A stretch of 64,000 bases of DNA from the IMG/VR virus record IMGVR_UViG_3300044632_002025; one strand, given 5' to 3'. Each line of letters starts with the position of its first letter. Within the stretch, counting starts at the first letter, position 1. A model generated the notes under the pieces. The model was not told the DNA's origin. It did not search any database and saw nothing but the letters and a program-made list of their open reading frames with translations. The DNA comes from a virus. A program made the translations under genes and the position numbers. Positions 14,500 through 24,285 of the stretch are shown piece by piece.

Positions 14500-14675
14500 C
14501 CCTGGGATGAGGTGAAAAGACAACCCCATCCTTCAGAATCTTTGATGTGCTGTTCTAACCAGTGGTCGAGCAAATCCTCTGCATCATCCGTTTCCGTCTC
14601 AGCCAGAGTAGTCAGGATGTCAAGGTTTTCAATGAAAGTCCTAGTTTTCCGTGGTCAAAGGGACGGGTTTTACTC

Positions 14676-15632
14676 CTAAAGATGAGAATCTTGGTCAGAA
14701 TCAAAAAAGTCCTTTGCTTCTAAATCGGAGTTAAATGGCTTAACCCATTGGGTAATTTTTTGGCGGATTTCAGTCCCATTAAGAATCCTGGTATCTTTTT
14801 CCATAGCAGAGTCACCAGACTCACCTGTAAAAAATTTACGGGCAGGAACCCAACCAATAAACCCGCCACACATCACAGATGCGTCGATGGCTACGGCAGT
14901 ATGCTCTAAAGCTGACCAATGCTTTGAGCTAACTAGACGTAAAAATAGTTTAACATCCTTTTCCACATCCATATTCCCTTCGTGGTTTAGGTAAGACACT
15001 CTCGCACAACGAGAGGCTGACAGAGCAATGAGTAAAAGAGTATTACCTTTGTACAGTTCTCTTTCCTCATGGGTTACATAGGGCAGATGCAAACCACCAT
15101 CTGATAGGATATAAGCAGAACATTTGTGGTAAGCCTCAAGCATTAAGCGGGCTACTTTTCTAATCTCTGGCTGGGCTTTTTCAGAAGTACGAAGTTCAAA
15201 AAAGTTGAACCATTGAGTGCCGGTCAGCACCACATCCACCATTTGAAAAGGCTCAGTAAGTCGGTTCACAATTTCTTTATGAACCCCAAGCAGGTTCAAT
15301 AAATTAGCCCAAAACCGTTGGGAGTGCATGGAGCAGAACCATACAAGGTCAGCTAATTTAGCCTTTAGACCCGTCAGGGGCTTACCAGCTTGCATTCCTG
15401 ACTTATTCGTACCCCATTGGTCAGGGTGATAGGGATTCTCTACTAATTTTCGGTCTTTTTTCTTAATCGGAACAGCCCGATTCGACTCGGTATTAGAGGA
15501 CAAAATACGGTGTTTATTGAGTTGAGCTAAGACAAATCGGGGAATACGAATTTGAAAAGTGGTAATAGTGTCGCCTGTGATGGAATTGACACTTTGTTCG
15601 ATGACCTTAGCGTGGTATTGGGTAGGTTTCAA
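14676..15632 (-). CDS. thyX: FAD-dependent thymidylate synthase (ThyX-like)
   Basis: Carries a ThyX signature variant, KHRILSSNTESNRA (canonical RHRxxSxxxxSxR). Also has downstream ...SASRCARVSY... and ...HWSALEHTAV. The TTG start overlaps the sigma gene stop (TTGA). Confidence 0.65.
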   Translation of the reverse strand: MKPTQYHAKVIEQSVNSITGDTITTFQIRIPRFVLAQLNKHRILSSNTESNRAVPIKKKDRKLVENPYHPDQWGTNKSGMQAGKPLTGLKAKLADLVWFCSMHSQRFWANLLNLLGVHKEIVNRLTEPFQMVDVVLTGTQWFNFFELRTSEKAQPEIRKVARLMLEAYHKCSAYILSDGGLHLPYVTHEERELYKGNTLLLIALSASRCARVSYLNHEGNMDVEKDVKLFLRLVSSKHWSALEHTAVAIDASVMCGGFIGWVPARKFFTGESGDSAMEKDTRILNGTEIRQKITQWVKPFNSDLEAKDFFDSDQDSHL

Positions 15633-16156
15633 GAATTTGCTCCTAATTTCTTAATTTTTCTGACTTCTGACTTATAAGTTCGCAGGGTAAGACCCAGAGT
15701 TTTAGCTATTACCTCTTGGGTAAGACCCATTAGACGTTTGCGGACAATTTGCTTTTGGAGGGGGGTGAGTTTTGACCAGAAGAGGTTCAGGGTCATTTGG
15801 TATTCAGTGGAATCGACTAGGGATGCCATATTGTCTAGGGGAAAATCTCGAAGTTGGCATTCCATGACATAGGTTTTGTGCCGAATAAGGCGGAACCTTT
15901 TGCGAATATCCAACCAGCAATAGCTGGTGAGCGTTCCTTTGTTGGGGTTCCAAGTCTTAAGTTTTTCTAGAACCAGACAAAGACCTTCCTGAAAGTAATC
16001 CTCTCCTTTGACTGACGTATCACGCATAGCACGACGGATAGCGGGGATTTGGGATTTAACCAAATTTAGTTTAGACGTTTCACAGGCTTGTTGTTCGATG
16101 GTTAGATGACAGTATTCCATGACAGAGGTTTTGAATTTTAGACGGCTTAACCCCAC
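15629..16156 (-). CDS. sigma-70-family RNA polymerase sigma factor (phage-encoded)
   Basis: The region 2-like segment is GTLTSYCWLDIRKRF. The region 4 HTH-like segment is LTPLQKQIVRKRLMGLTQEVIAKTLGLTLRTYKSEVRKI. The start is uncertain: GTG 16156 or ATG 16120. Confidence 0.6.
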   Translation of the reverse strand: MGLSRLKFKTSVMEYCHLTIEQQACETSKLNLVKSQIPAIRRAMRDTSVKGEDYFQEGLCLVLEKLKTWNPNKGTLTSYCWLDIRKRFRLIRHKTYVMECQLRDFPLDNMASLVDSTEYQMTLNLFWSKLTPLQKQIVRKRLMGLTQEVIAKTLGLTLRTYKSEVRKIKKLGANS

Positions 16157-16164
16157 TCCACAAG

Positions 16165-16290
16165 CTAACTGCTCGTTTTACCCTAGTTAAAGGGGGTTTT
16201 AACCCTGATTGATTAAGCTTGGTTCTCACTTAACCAGTTTTTTGTTGGGTTAACCCCAGTATAACAGAGAGTAGATTAGGTGTCAAGGGG
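16165..16290 (-). promoter_or_regulatory. early promoter plus ~95-nt conserved leader of the sigma gene (copy A)
   Basis: Minus strand: CCCCTTGACACCTAATCTACTCTCTGTTATACTGGGGTTAACCCAACAAAAAACTGGTTAAGTGAGAACCAAGCTTAATCAATCAGGGTTAAAACCCCCTTTAACTAGGGTAAAACG. About 93% identical to 52543..52662 on the plus strand. Confidence 0.75.
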
Positions 16291-16300
16291 TTTGAGAAAA

Positions 16301-16319
16301 AATCGCCCAAAGCTAAGTT
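16301..16319 (+). promoter_or_regulatory. late-type motif site L5
   Basis: AATCGCCCAAAG-C-TAAGTT, 27 nt upstream of ATG 16346. Confidence 0.5.
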
Positions 16320-16345
16320 AGACCCCGCTTGGAGTATAACTGAGG

Positions 16346-19300
16346 ATGCCAGAACAGCAAGGATACAATGTATCGTCACTATTTGTTTCGATAGGATTAG
16401 ATACAAGTCCAGCAGAAAGAACTTTAAACCAATTTGAGAACTTATTGCAAAGTTCTGTAAATCGGTTAATCTTCACATTTACAGAAGACGTATCGCAAAG
16501 ATTCGCCAGAAGTTTTGAAGGTCTAGGTCGTGGCATTGGTAACTCTGTCCAAAGAAGTCTGAACGAGGCTATGGGGCAAACCAAGAGAATTGAGAAAGAA
16601 GCCACAGAATCCTTAGCAAATATAAATAAAGCGGCTCAAACAGGTTTAAGTGAAGTATCAAGTGCCACAACTGGGGCTTTAAGTGAGGTCAACAAAGCCT
16701 TAAAAGATTTAGAAGCCAATTCCAAAAAAACCTTAGAAAACACTCAAAAAGAAGTAAAACGACAATTAGACGGTATAAGAAATTTAGCGGCATCCTCCAA
16801 TCTAGACCAAGATAAGGTAATAGGGGCGATGGCCGGTAGTCTTTCTAGGCAACTAAAAGCGATGGACTTTTCGCAAATAGAGGGGAGTTTACAAGCTATT
16901 CAAAGAAAAGCTTTAGATTTAGGGTCTACACTGGAAAAACAGGTAGGAGACATAAGAAATAGCCTAGCCCAACCTGCGGAAGAATTAGAAAAGGCATTAA
17001 ATAACTCGTTAAAAAAGACCCAAGAAGCAGTAGGAATAGCTGACAAAGCCTTAGAAGAATCTGGGGTAAAATTTGCTGAAAAAGTAGGTTCAGCCTACAA
17101 ACAAGCATCGGAAACTTTTGCTAAAGAAGGAGTAGGTTCAGCAGAGAAAGCGATAAATAGTCTATCAAAAGGTGTAGAATCCGCAATTAAAGAATATGAG
17201 AGAGCGGTAGAAAGTACAGCCAACGATTTGTCTAAAAAAGCGCAACAGTTTCAAGTCTTGGGTACAACTGTGGCCATGGCTGAAGCCGAAAGACTTTATG
17301 CTTTAGCCAATAGTGTTCGTTTAACGTCAGTGAACACCATAGCATCAGTGAGAGAAAGTGCTACCCAAGCAACCCAAAGCATATCCAAAGAAATGGGTAA
17401 AGCGGGGAGTGAAGCGGGGTCTGCATTCGGAGGTGGATTTGGAGCGGCTTTAGGGGGGGTCGTTGGTGGCCCGGTGGGAAGTCTTCTAGGTGCGGCAATA
17501 GCAGAAGCCCTGGCCAACGGACTTCAGTTAGCTTTAAACTCCAGAATGGAGGTCATTAAAGCTACTCTCGGCGGTTATATGAACACGGTAGCCCGTGGGA
17601 TGATGAACTTTGCCGAAGAAGAAAGGCGTATAAACATGGGTTTATATGTTACGGGGAAAAGGGAAGGCTTTGGACAAGATAGTGAGGAATTTAACACAAA
17701 ATCTAAGGACGTACAGAGGGCAGTTACCTTGACTGCATCTGACCTGTCTTATGGACGGGTAGAAATTGCGGAACTATTCAAACAATTGGTAAAAGCCGGG
17801 TTTAATTATAATGAGATTATAGGTGGAACAACCCCCGAAGAAATGAGACGGGGGGCATTGTATCAAACTGCTGGTTTAGGGGAAGCAGTAGAGTTACCAG
17901 GAGACCAATTAGATGAAACCAGCATCTTAGTAAAACAATTTAAAATGGCATTCCCTGAAAATAGTATAAAAACTATTGTTAGAGAAATCGCCGCATTGGG
18001 ACTGTCCACTCCTGCCCAATTTGATAGATTTAAATATGCAACTCAGGATTCGCTATCTGCGGCGGCCGTAGCTGGAATCCCGATGAGAGATGTGATGCAA
18101 GGGTTTGCAACGATGTTTAACTTAAGTACCCCTGAAGTAGCGGGTACAATGTTAAAAACCATCTACAACGGTATAAGTGGGGGTAATGTAAACCGCCAGA
18201 TGTACGGGGTAGTGTCCAAGTATTATCAGGGAGAGGATGGGCAAGGAGATTTACTAACAGCATTAAGAAATCCTGGAGACTTTGCCGCAGAATTTGCTAG
18301 ATTAGACACTGTGATGGATTCAATCCTGAAAAAGGGTGAGGCAGTGGGAATTGCGGGGATGGAGAATGTAACAGGAGACTATTACAAAAGTCTAGGGTTA
18401 CAAGAACAAGCAGATATGAGGGCTAGAGGGGTATCTAATCTGTTCGGTGGTGGAGACACCTTCCAAATTGGTTATAGAAACTTAACTCTTGAAGGACGTG
18501 AAAAAGCAGAAGAACAAAAACGAGAGTTTGCCAACTTTAATAATGAGAAAGACGGGGAATTACTACCCGACTTCATTCGACTGCGCCAAAAGGGATTAAA
18601 GGGGGCAATGGAGTTAATCGAATCCACCAAAGAAAACGTGGAATCGTTTGCCGCTAAATTGGCTCCTGGTTTTACTCAAATGGTGCTATTTTTCAACAAA
18701 GTAGCCAACGAGTTAACTGCTGGTATGGAGAAGTTTTCCGGGCCACTGGAGAGAATATCTGAAAAATTAGGCGAAGTATTTGGCAATCTATCAGAGAATA
18801 AACTCATTGATAAATTTGTGGATGGAATTTCCAGTACAATGGGTAATGTTGGTAGAATCTTTGAGAACTGGTTAAACTCAGCAATAGAATTTGTATCTAA
18901 AGGGGAAAACGTAGATACAGTATTTTTAAATCTTAACAATCTGTTATCGGATTTTGCGGGGTTAATGCAAAACCTAGCAGTAGCATTTAAGTCATTTCTA
19001 CCTTTGATAAACGAAGCCACTGGTGCATTATCTAAAGCGGGGGTAGAGTCCGAAGTAAGACAAGTTTCAGAAGAACTAAAAATCAGGGGAGTAGGAGAGG
19101 TTAGTGAAAGAGTATTTAACTATGGGAGTCAAGTAGGCAATGTAGAGGGAATTAAAATTACAAACTCCGAGGCACTAGGGACAGTATCGGAGGAAGAAGC
19201 TAAACAAATAGCAAAATCCATTAAGGGTAAAAGCTCTACTGCCACACAAAGTTATATAAGAACTGGGAGAGAACGGTCTCATGCTGGAATGTTTGGGGCA

Positions 19301-22300
19301 GTAACAGCCCCAGAAAGTTTTGCGGATGTGGATGAATCTACCAGTGTTGGGTTAATCCAACAAGGAATGAAAAGGGTAGAAGCTAACGGTAGAACCTACT
19401 ATATAACCGGAGGTACAGGGGAGGGTCAGAGTCAGTTTTACGAATTAATAGATGGTGATTTTAGAAAGGCCACAGGAACAATCGACTCAGACCCTAAAAC
19501 CCGTGAAAATCTGATAGAAACTCTAATGCCTAGGGAGGGGAATAATCCCCCCCCAATGGATTTATCAACGGCTGGTATGGGGTCATTCCTAAATCCTAAA
19601 ATACTGGCAGAAATCGCTAAGGAAAATGGGAATCTTAAAAACCGTCAAGCCGCCACATTAGAAGCCCAACAATCAAGAGTTCGGGACTTATTTGGTAATA
19701 ATGCAGTTTTTGATGAGAAAACAGGGAAAGTAAGAGAACAGGATAGTGAGGGTAACAGAGCAGATTTATCTTCTAGTAGTTTCGGTACAGAGGCATTATC
19801 CAAAACCCCTGAACGTCTGAATGCCTTAATCCGTACTGGGGCAGGTCTAGAGGGAAGTTCTGCGGAGCAAGCCCTAAGAGAAACGGCAAGCAGAAGCAAA
19901 ATCACCAATCTACAAACAATTACTGGTCTATCTTCTGGTAAAACCAAAGGTAAAGAGGGGGAAGCCTTCTTATTAAGTCAAGCAGATGTCTTAGAAACGG
20001 TAAGGAGAAATGAGAAAGAAGGGGCGGACATAGCCAAAACTGCTTCGGAGTTAACACAAGACACAACCAAAGAATTAGAGGAAGCCCTACGGAAAAAGGG
20101 ACAATTAAAACCTGCGTGGGATAGAATTAAGAAACAGATTGAGTCTGGAGAAATTGTAGGGGACAGCACAACGTTCCTAGAACAATTTATCACAAAAGCC
20201 CGTGAAAAGGTAAGCGACAATAAAACCCCGTTTGCCGAAAGAAATGCAATGAATGAGAATTTAATTGCATTGACTAAAGATTTAAACACGGATAAACCAA
20301 AACCTTTAGAAAAACCTGGGGCAGTTAAAGAAGGTGTTCCTGCTGACCTAGAAAAGTACCGTCGTCTTATTGACGATATGAACCGGAGCAGAATTGAGCA
20401 AGAAAACCAGATTCTCCAACTAAGGCAAAAATCTTTAGAATTGGAGCGTCAATCTTTTGTGTTGGCTACGGCATTTAAAGGACAAGTAAATGCTAATTTG
20501 GAGCAATTCTTTGGTATCTTAAGTCAGGCAGAAAATACCCTGTTAGGGAATCAGACAAAACTAAGACAAATAGACCAATTCTTTGTTGACCGTCGGAACA
20601 ATCTTGCTAATCAGTTTAAAGATGTAAACCCGCAGGTAGGTGGGGGCATCCAGGACAACTATGAGGGTACGGGGCAACCAGTATTTGTACCTAAAGCATC
20701 CCCTGATAAAAATGTTAATGCACTATCTAAAGACTTGATAAAAGGGCAATTAGATGCTATCAAAGAGAAACAGAATGAAAGGGCTGAGATTGCTAAACAG
20801 AATGAGCTAATTCAGCGTAATCTTACCCAACAAATAAGAAATGCTGTAGCCCAAACGTTCCAACAAGCCACAAACACAGCAACTGGGTTAGCCTCATCTT
20901 TCGGGGGTAACAGTGAGTTTATGGTAAAAACCACTCAACTCTTTGATGGGGTAAGAACTCAAGGGGTACAATTAGCTCAACAAATACAAGCCTTAAAAGT
21001 TATTCAACAGACAAATCCTAGTGGTTTTGGGGCGCAGGATGCTAAAGCCCTCTCAGGATTAGAAGGTGTATTTAAGCAAATTCCCAGGATGCTGAAGGAA
21101 GCGTTAGGAGACGCACTTGCTTCCCTACTCCGTCAGGTAAATACTTTCTTCCAAGACCTATCAGAACGGTCTAGACAAAGAAGTAATGAATTGATGGGTA
21201 TGGTGATGCCTGGTGGAGCTTCTTCGGGTTTATTGACGATTGTGGGGGACTTACAAAATAGTCTGTTCAAAAATCAACAAGAGAGTTTAGAACTACAACA
21301 AGAATCTTCACAGATAAGAAGACAAGTAGAGCTAAACCGTTCACTGGGGGCTGTGTTCCCTGACCAATTCTTTGCCCAAAAAGTATCGATGGGTGAGGCA
21401 TCTATAGGTGTGAATGATGCAAAAAGAGGGGGGTTAGAGTTAGAAGCTAAAAATCTCCTAGAGACTTCCAAAATTAAAGCCAATATAACCTACTTCAACA
21501 GCTTTATTGAGTTATTTCAAGGAGCTAGAGGTCTTAGCAGAGGATTCAGTAGTGTCTCAGATGCTGTAACAGAAGTAGAGCAAAGACGAGAAGCAATTAC
21601 TAAATCTATCTTCGACTTAGAAACTCAAATACAGCTAATGGAATCTCAACTTGAGACCATGAATAGTGTATTTGGTTCTCTGAGTTTAGTTGACCGTGAG
21701 AGACTAGAAGAAGGTAAGAAATATTTAGAGCAACAAAAACAAGCCACAATAGCCCTTCAAAAAATCAATGATGCACTAAGAGGGGAATTAGGGAAATTGG
21801 CAATAGCTAAAGTCCAAGAGGATGCTAGGGGTAATGCTCAAAGTGCATTGATGGAATCTAATTCTGCCCGGTCACAAATTCTCGGAATGTCAGATTCCCG
21901 GTCTACTCGTAGGGAAGCCGCTTCTATAGATTTAGAAAATTCCCGTATTGATGCAATAAAAAGAGTAACAGAAGCTACTCTCAAAAGTGCTGAAGAAAGA
22001 GCTAATATAGTTGCAGAATTAGCCAACATGGACTCAAATGCGGCTAAGGGTATGTATAACACACCTGAAGCTCAAGCGGAAATAGCTAGAAAATATGTTG
22101 AGTACCAATCTCGACTCATAGCAATAGACAATGAAGTTGGGAATGCCCGTGTGATGGCGTACAACAACTTAAAAGTCCAAGTTGAAAAATCTGCCTTAGA
22201 GTTGGATGAAGGCTATCGTGCAAACGTTCAAATAGCCAATACTGTTGATGGGGCTTTCTCCAATCTTTATGATATTCTCACCGACTCCAGTAAATCTTTT

Positions 22301-24184
22301 GCTGATAGAATGAGAGATTTTTCCCAGAGTTTAATCAAAGACTTTGGACGGATAGGTTGGGAACAATTGAGGGATGTGATTGTATCCCCCTTCAAGGATA
22401 TGCTAACTAAAAGAGACACATCTGGGATATTAAACCCAAGTATGCCTGATTTTAGTAGGGTGGGGGCTAATTTAAACTTCCAGTCCGCCGCAATGTCCAA
22501 CCCTGACGACCCGAAATCGAAGGAAAAACTCAGAGAGCAAATTTTAGCTGTAGATGCCCAACAACAAACAGCATTAAAAGAGTTAAACGAGAGAATGCGT
22601 CGTCAAATAGTTTCCTCTGCCAACATAGATGATGCGGGCAAAGCGGCTTCTACGATGTATTCAACTTTGGCCAAGGAAATTGCTAACAACACTAAGGACG
22701 CTGAATTATCTAAATTAATCTCAATAGGTTCTGCGAATGGTCAAGAAGGTATGGCAACAAATATTGCCTTACAAACTTCCATTCAAGAAAACATCAAAAA
22801 CACGCTGTTGCAAAGTCAGACTACACTGAAAGAGATTTTAGTTAAGTTAAGCTCTAATACTGTACAAAACCCAACAGCTAATCCTCAATATTCTTCAACC
22901 GCTAACACCCAGTATCCTAGTAACTTTGGTGCTGAGATTCTACCCCCGCCTCCTAACGTAAAACCTGGTACAAAGCCCCAAACTGGCTCCCAGTCTAATG
23001 TTTTACCTGCTCCCCCCAGTGTTGGGCAAACTCCGGTTAAACCCCAACCTAAACCTAAACCAGTTGTCAATGAACAAGCAGTAGATTACCAATTGAATAA
23101 CAACCCTGCCAACGCAGAGTTTAATCGTTTGTTCAAAGAGAGAAAGAGACAAGGATTGACAGGGGGAACCCTAGAGAGAACTGGGAAACCAGAAGTACCA
23201 CAACCGCTTAAGGATGAGGACACCCGGAGGATTCTGGATGACCAGTTAAGAAGGGGGATGTTTAAAAATGAGAAGAATCGCACTCGTAGAAATCTACAGA
23301 ATCAGTTAAGAAGTTCTACCCCTAATGAAACTCTTGTTTCAGGGTTAATGGGGGATATGCCGGTAGATTGGTTTGGGGCTTCAACCCCCACTTCTAACTT
23401 CCAATCCCTAACTAATCTCCAAATGGGTACAGGATTAGACCGACTTATCCTTGACAATCTTCAAACGGGTTCAGGATTAAACCCTGGCAATTTCTTAATG
23501 GGTTTAGGGCTACAACAAGGGCAAGGGCAAGGATTTGGTGCTACCCCAGCTTTCTCATTGGAAAATTTAGATATGCTCAGTGTCGCCTCCCAACAAGGGG
23601 GTGGAGGTTGGTTATCTAAATTTCTAGGGGGAATGGGGGGTATGAACTGGATGAGCATGGGTATGATGGCATTACCCTTTATCATGTCCCTATTTAATTC
23701 TGGGAAGCGTAAAAGATACAACTCCGGAGGGGTTGTCCCCGGTGCTGGTACTACCGATACTGTACCTGCCATGTTAACTCCTGGTGAGGGGATTTTAACC
23801 AACGCTGGTATGTCCAGAATTGGTGGTGAGAAAAATCTTTATGCCTTGAACTCTGGCAGTCTGAAAATGGGGGCGATTCAACCCCCCAAAAACTTAGGGA
23901 TGCCCAATCTACCTACCGCAGAAGCCAACAAGAGTAAGAGTGCAATACCCGTTCCAGTTAAAACGGAGGCTGAAAAAACGATAGCCCAATATATGGGTGG
24001 TAATGAGGAATACAGCTTACCACCAATTGAACTATCGTACACCAGCACTACCATAGCTGGTCAAAATTATGTTACCGAACAAATGTTCAAGTCGGCCATT
24101 GAGCAATCAGTGGAACGGGCTAAAATGGAAGTTTTCGGTACATTAAAAAATTCCCCCAACACTAGGCGTAAATTGGGGCTTTGA
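16346..24184 (+). CDS. tail tape measure protein
   Basis: 2612 aa, mostly K/E/Q/A/L-rich and helical-looking. A Gly/Met-rich hydrophobic segment (GGGGWLSKFLGGMGGMNWMSMGMMALPFIMSLF) is followed by YNSGGVVPGAGTTDTVPAMLTPGEGILT near the C-terminus. Lies directly upstream of the tail-tip genes. Confidence 0.85.
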   Translation: MPEQQGYNVSSLFVSIGLDTSPAERTLNQFENLLQSSVNRLIFTFTEDVSQRFARSFEGLGRGIGNSVQRSLNEAMGQTKRIEKEATESLANINKAAQTGLSEVSSATTGALSEVNKALKDLEANSKKTLENTQKEVKRQLDGIRNLAASSNLDQDKVIGAMAGSLSRQLKAMDFSQIEGSLQAIQRKALDLGSTLEKQVGDIRNSLAQPAEELEKALNNSLKKTQEAVGIADKALEESGVKFAEKVGSAYKQASETFAKEGVGSAEKAINSLSKGVESAIKEYERAVESTANDLSKKAQQFQVLGTTVAMAEAERLYALANSVRLTSVNTIASVRESATQATQSISKEMGKAGSEAGSAFGGGFGAALGGVVGGPVGSLLGAAIAEALANGLQLALNSRMEVIKATLGGYMNTVARGMMNFAEEERRINMGLYVTGKREGFGQDSEEFNTKSKDVQRAVTLTASDLSYGRVEIAELFKQLVKAGFNYNEIIGGTTPEEMRRGALYQTAGLGEAVELPGDQLDETSILVKQFKMAFPENSIKTIVREIAALGLSTPAQFDRFKYATQDSLSAAAVAGIPMRDVMQGFATMFNLSTPEVAGTMLKTIYNGISGGNVNRQMYGVVSKYYQGEDGQGDLLTALRNPGDFAAEFARLDTVMDSILKKGEAVGIAGMENVTGDYYKSLGLQEQADMRARGVSNLFGGGDTFQIGYRNLTLEGREKAEEQKREFANFNNEKDGELLPDFIRLRQKGLKGAMELIESTKENVESFAAKLAPGFTQMVLFFNKVANELTAGMEKFSGPLERISEKLGEVFGNLSENKLIDKFVDGISSTMGNVGRIFENWLNSAIEFVSKGENVDTVFLNLNNLLSDFAGLMQNLAVAFKSFLPLINEATGALSKAGVESEVRQVSEELKIRGVGEVSERVFNYGSQVGNVEGIKITNSEALGTVSEEEAKQIAKSIKGKSSTATQSYIRTGRERSHAGMFGAVTAPESFADVDESTSVGLIQQGMKRVEANGRTYYITGGTGEGQSQFYELIDGDFRKATGTIDSDPKTRENLIETLMPREGNNPPPMDLSTAGMGSFLNPKILAEIAKENGNLKNRQAATLEAQQSRVRDLFGNNAVFDEKTGKVREQDSEGNRADLSSSSFGTEALSKTPERLNALIRTGAGLEGSSAEQALRETASRSKITNLQTITGLSSGKTKGKEGEAFLLSQADVLETVRRNEKEGADIAKTASELTQDTTKELEEALRKKGQLKPAWDRIKKQIESGEIVGDSTTFLEQFITKAREKVSDNKTPFAERNAMNENLIALTKDLNTDKPKPLEKPGAVKEGVPADLEKYRRLIDDMNRSRIEQENQILQLRQKSLELERQSFVLATAFKGQVNANLEQFFGILSQAENTLLGNQTKLRQIDQFFVDRRNNLANQFKDVNPQVGGGIQDNYEGTGQPVFVPKASPDKNVNALSKDLIKGQLDAIKEKQNERAEIAKQNELIQRNLTQQIRNAVAQTFQQATNTATGLASSFGGNSEFMVKTTQLFDGVRTQGVQLAQQIQALKVIQQTNPSGFGAQDAKALSGLEGVFKQIPRMLKEALGDALASLLRQVNTFFQDLSERSRQRSNELMGMVMPGGASSGLLTIVGDLQNSLFKNQQESLELQQESSQIRRQVELNRSLGAVFPDQFFAQKVSMGEASIGVNDAKRGGLELEAKNLLETSKIKANITYFNSFIELFQGARGLSRGFSSVSDAVTEVEQRREAITKSIFDLETQIQLMESQLETMNSVFGSLSLVDRERLEEGKKYLEQQKQATIALQKINDALRGELGKLAIAKVQEDARGNAQSALMESNSARSQILGMSDSRSTRREAASIDLENSRIDAIKRVTEATLKSAEERANIVAELANMDSNAAKGMYNTPEAQAEIARKYVEYQSRLIAIDNEVGNARVMAYNNLKVQVEKSALELDEGYRANVQIANTVDGAFSNLYDILTDSSKSFADRMRDFSQSLIKDFGRIGWEQLRDVIVSPFKDMLTKRDTSGILNPSMPDFSRVGANLNFQSAAMSNPDDPKSKEKLREQILAVDAQQQTALKELNERMRRQIVSSANIDDAGKAASTMYSTLAKEIANNTKDAELSKLISIGSANGQEGMATNIALQTSIQENIKNTLLQSQTTLKEILVKLSSNTVQNPTANPQYSSTANTQYPSNFGAEILPPPPNVKPGTKPQTGSQSNVLPAPPSVGQTPVKPQPKPKPVVNEQAVDYQLNNNPANAEFNRLFKERKRQGLTGGTLERTGKPEVPQPLKDEDTRRILDDQLRRGMFKNEKNRTRRNLQNQLRSSTPNETLVSGLMGDMPVDWFGASTPTSNFQSLTNLQMGTGLDRLILDNLQTGSGLNPGNFLMGLGLQQGQGQGFGATPAFSLENLDMLSVASQQGGGGWLSKFLGGMGGMNWMSMGMMALPFIMSLFNSGKRKRYNSGGVVPGAGTTDTVPAMLTPGEGILTNAGMSRIGGEKNLYALNSGSLKMGAIQPPKNLGMPNLPTAEANKSKSAIPVPVKTEAEKTIAQYMGGNEEYSLPPIELSYTSTTIAGQNYVTEQMFKSAIEQSVERAKMEVFGTLKNSPNTRRKLGL

Positions 24185-24248
24185 CCAGGTTTAGGGGTTT
24201 AATTGAAATTCCCTAACAGAATCTTTCTTCGTCTCTTAAGTCAAACTG

Positions 24249-24266
24249 TATCGCTCAAACTAAAAG
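24249..24266 (+). promoter_or_regulatory. late-type motif site L6
   Basis: TATCGCTCAAAC followed by TAAAAG. Lies 20 nt upstream of ATG 24286. Confidence 0.45.
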
Positions 24267-24285
24267 AAACCTGCCTTAATTTCGG

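Noticed and set aside
14500-14640. An acidic ~45-codon open frame on the minus strand (…IENLDILTTLAETETDDAEDLLDHWLEQHIKDSEGWGCLFTSSQG) between thyX and the next promoter.
   Set aside because: There is no ATG, GTG or TTG start after the preceding in-frame stop, and no SD. It may be a gene remnant but cannot be called.
16926-23802. Many 60-114-aa antisense ORFs inside the tape measure gene (for example 17296..17517, 18676..19020, 23461..23802).
   Set aside because: They are fully nested antisense in a long, compositionally biased gene. None has an SD or promoter, which is typical of shadow ORFs.
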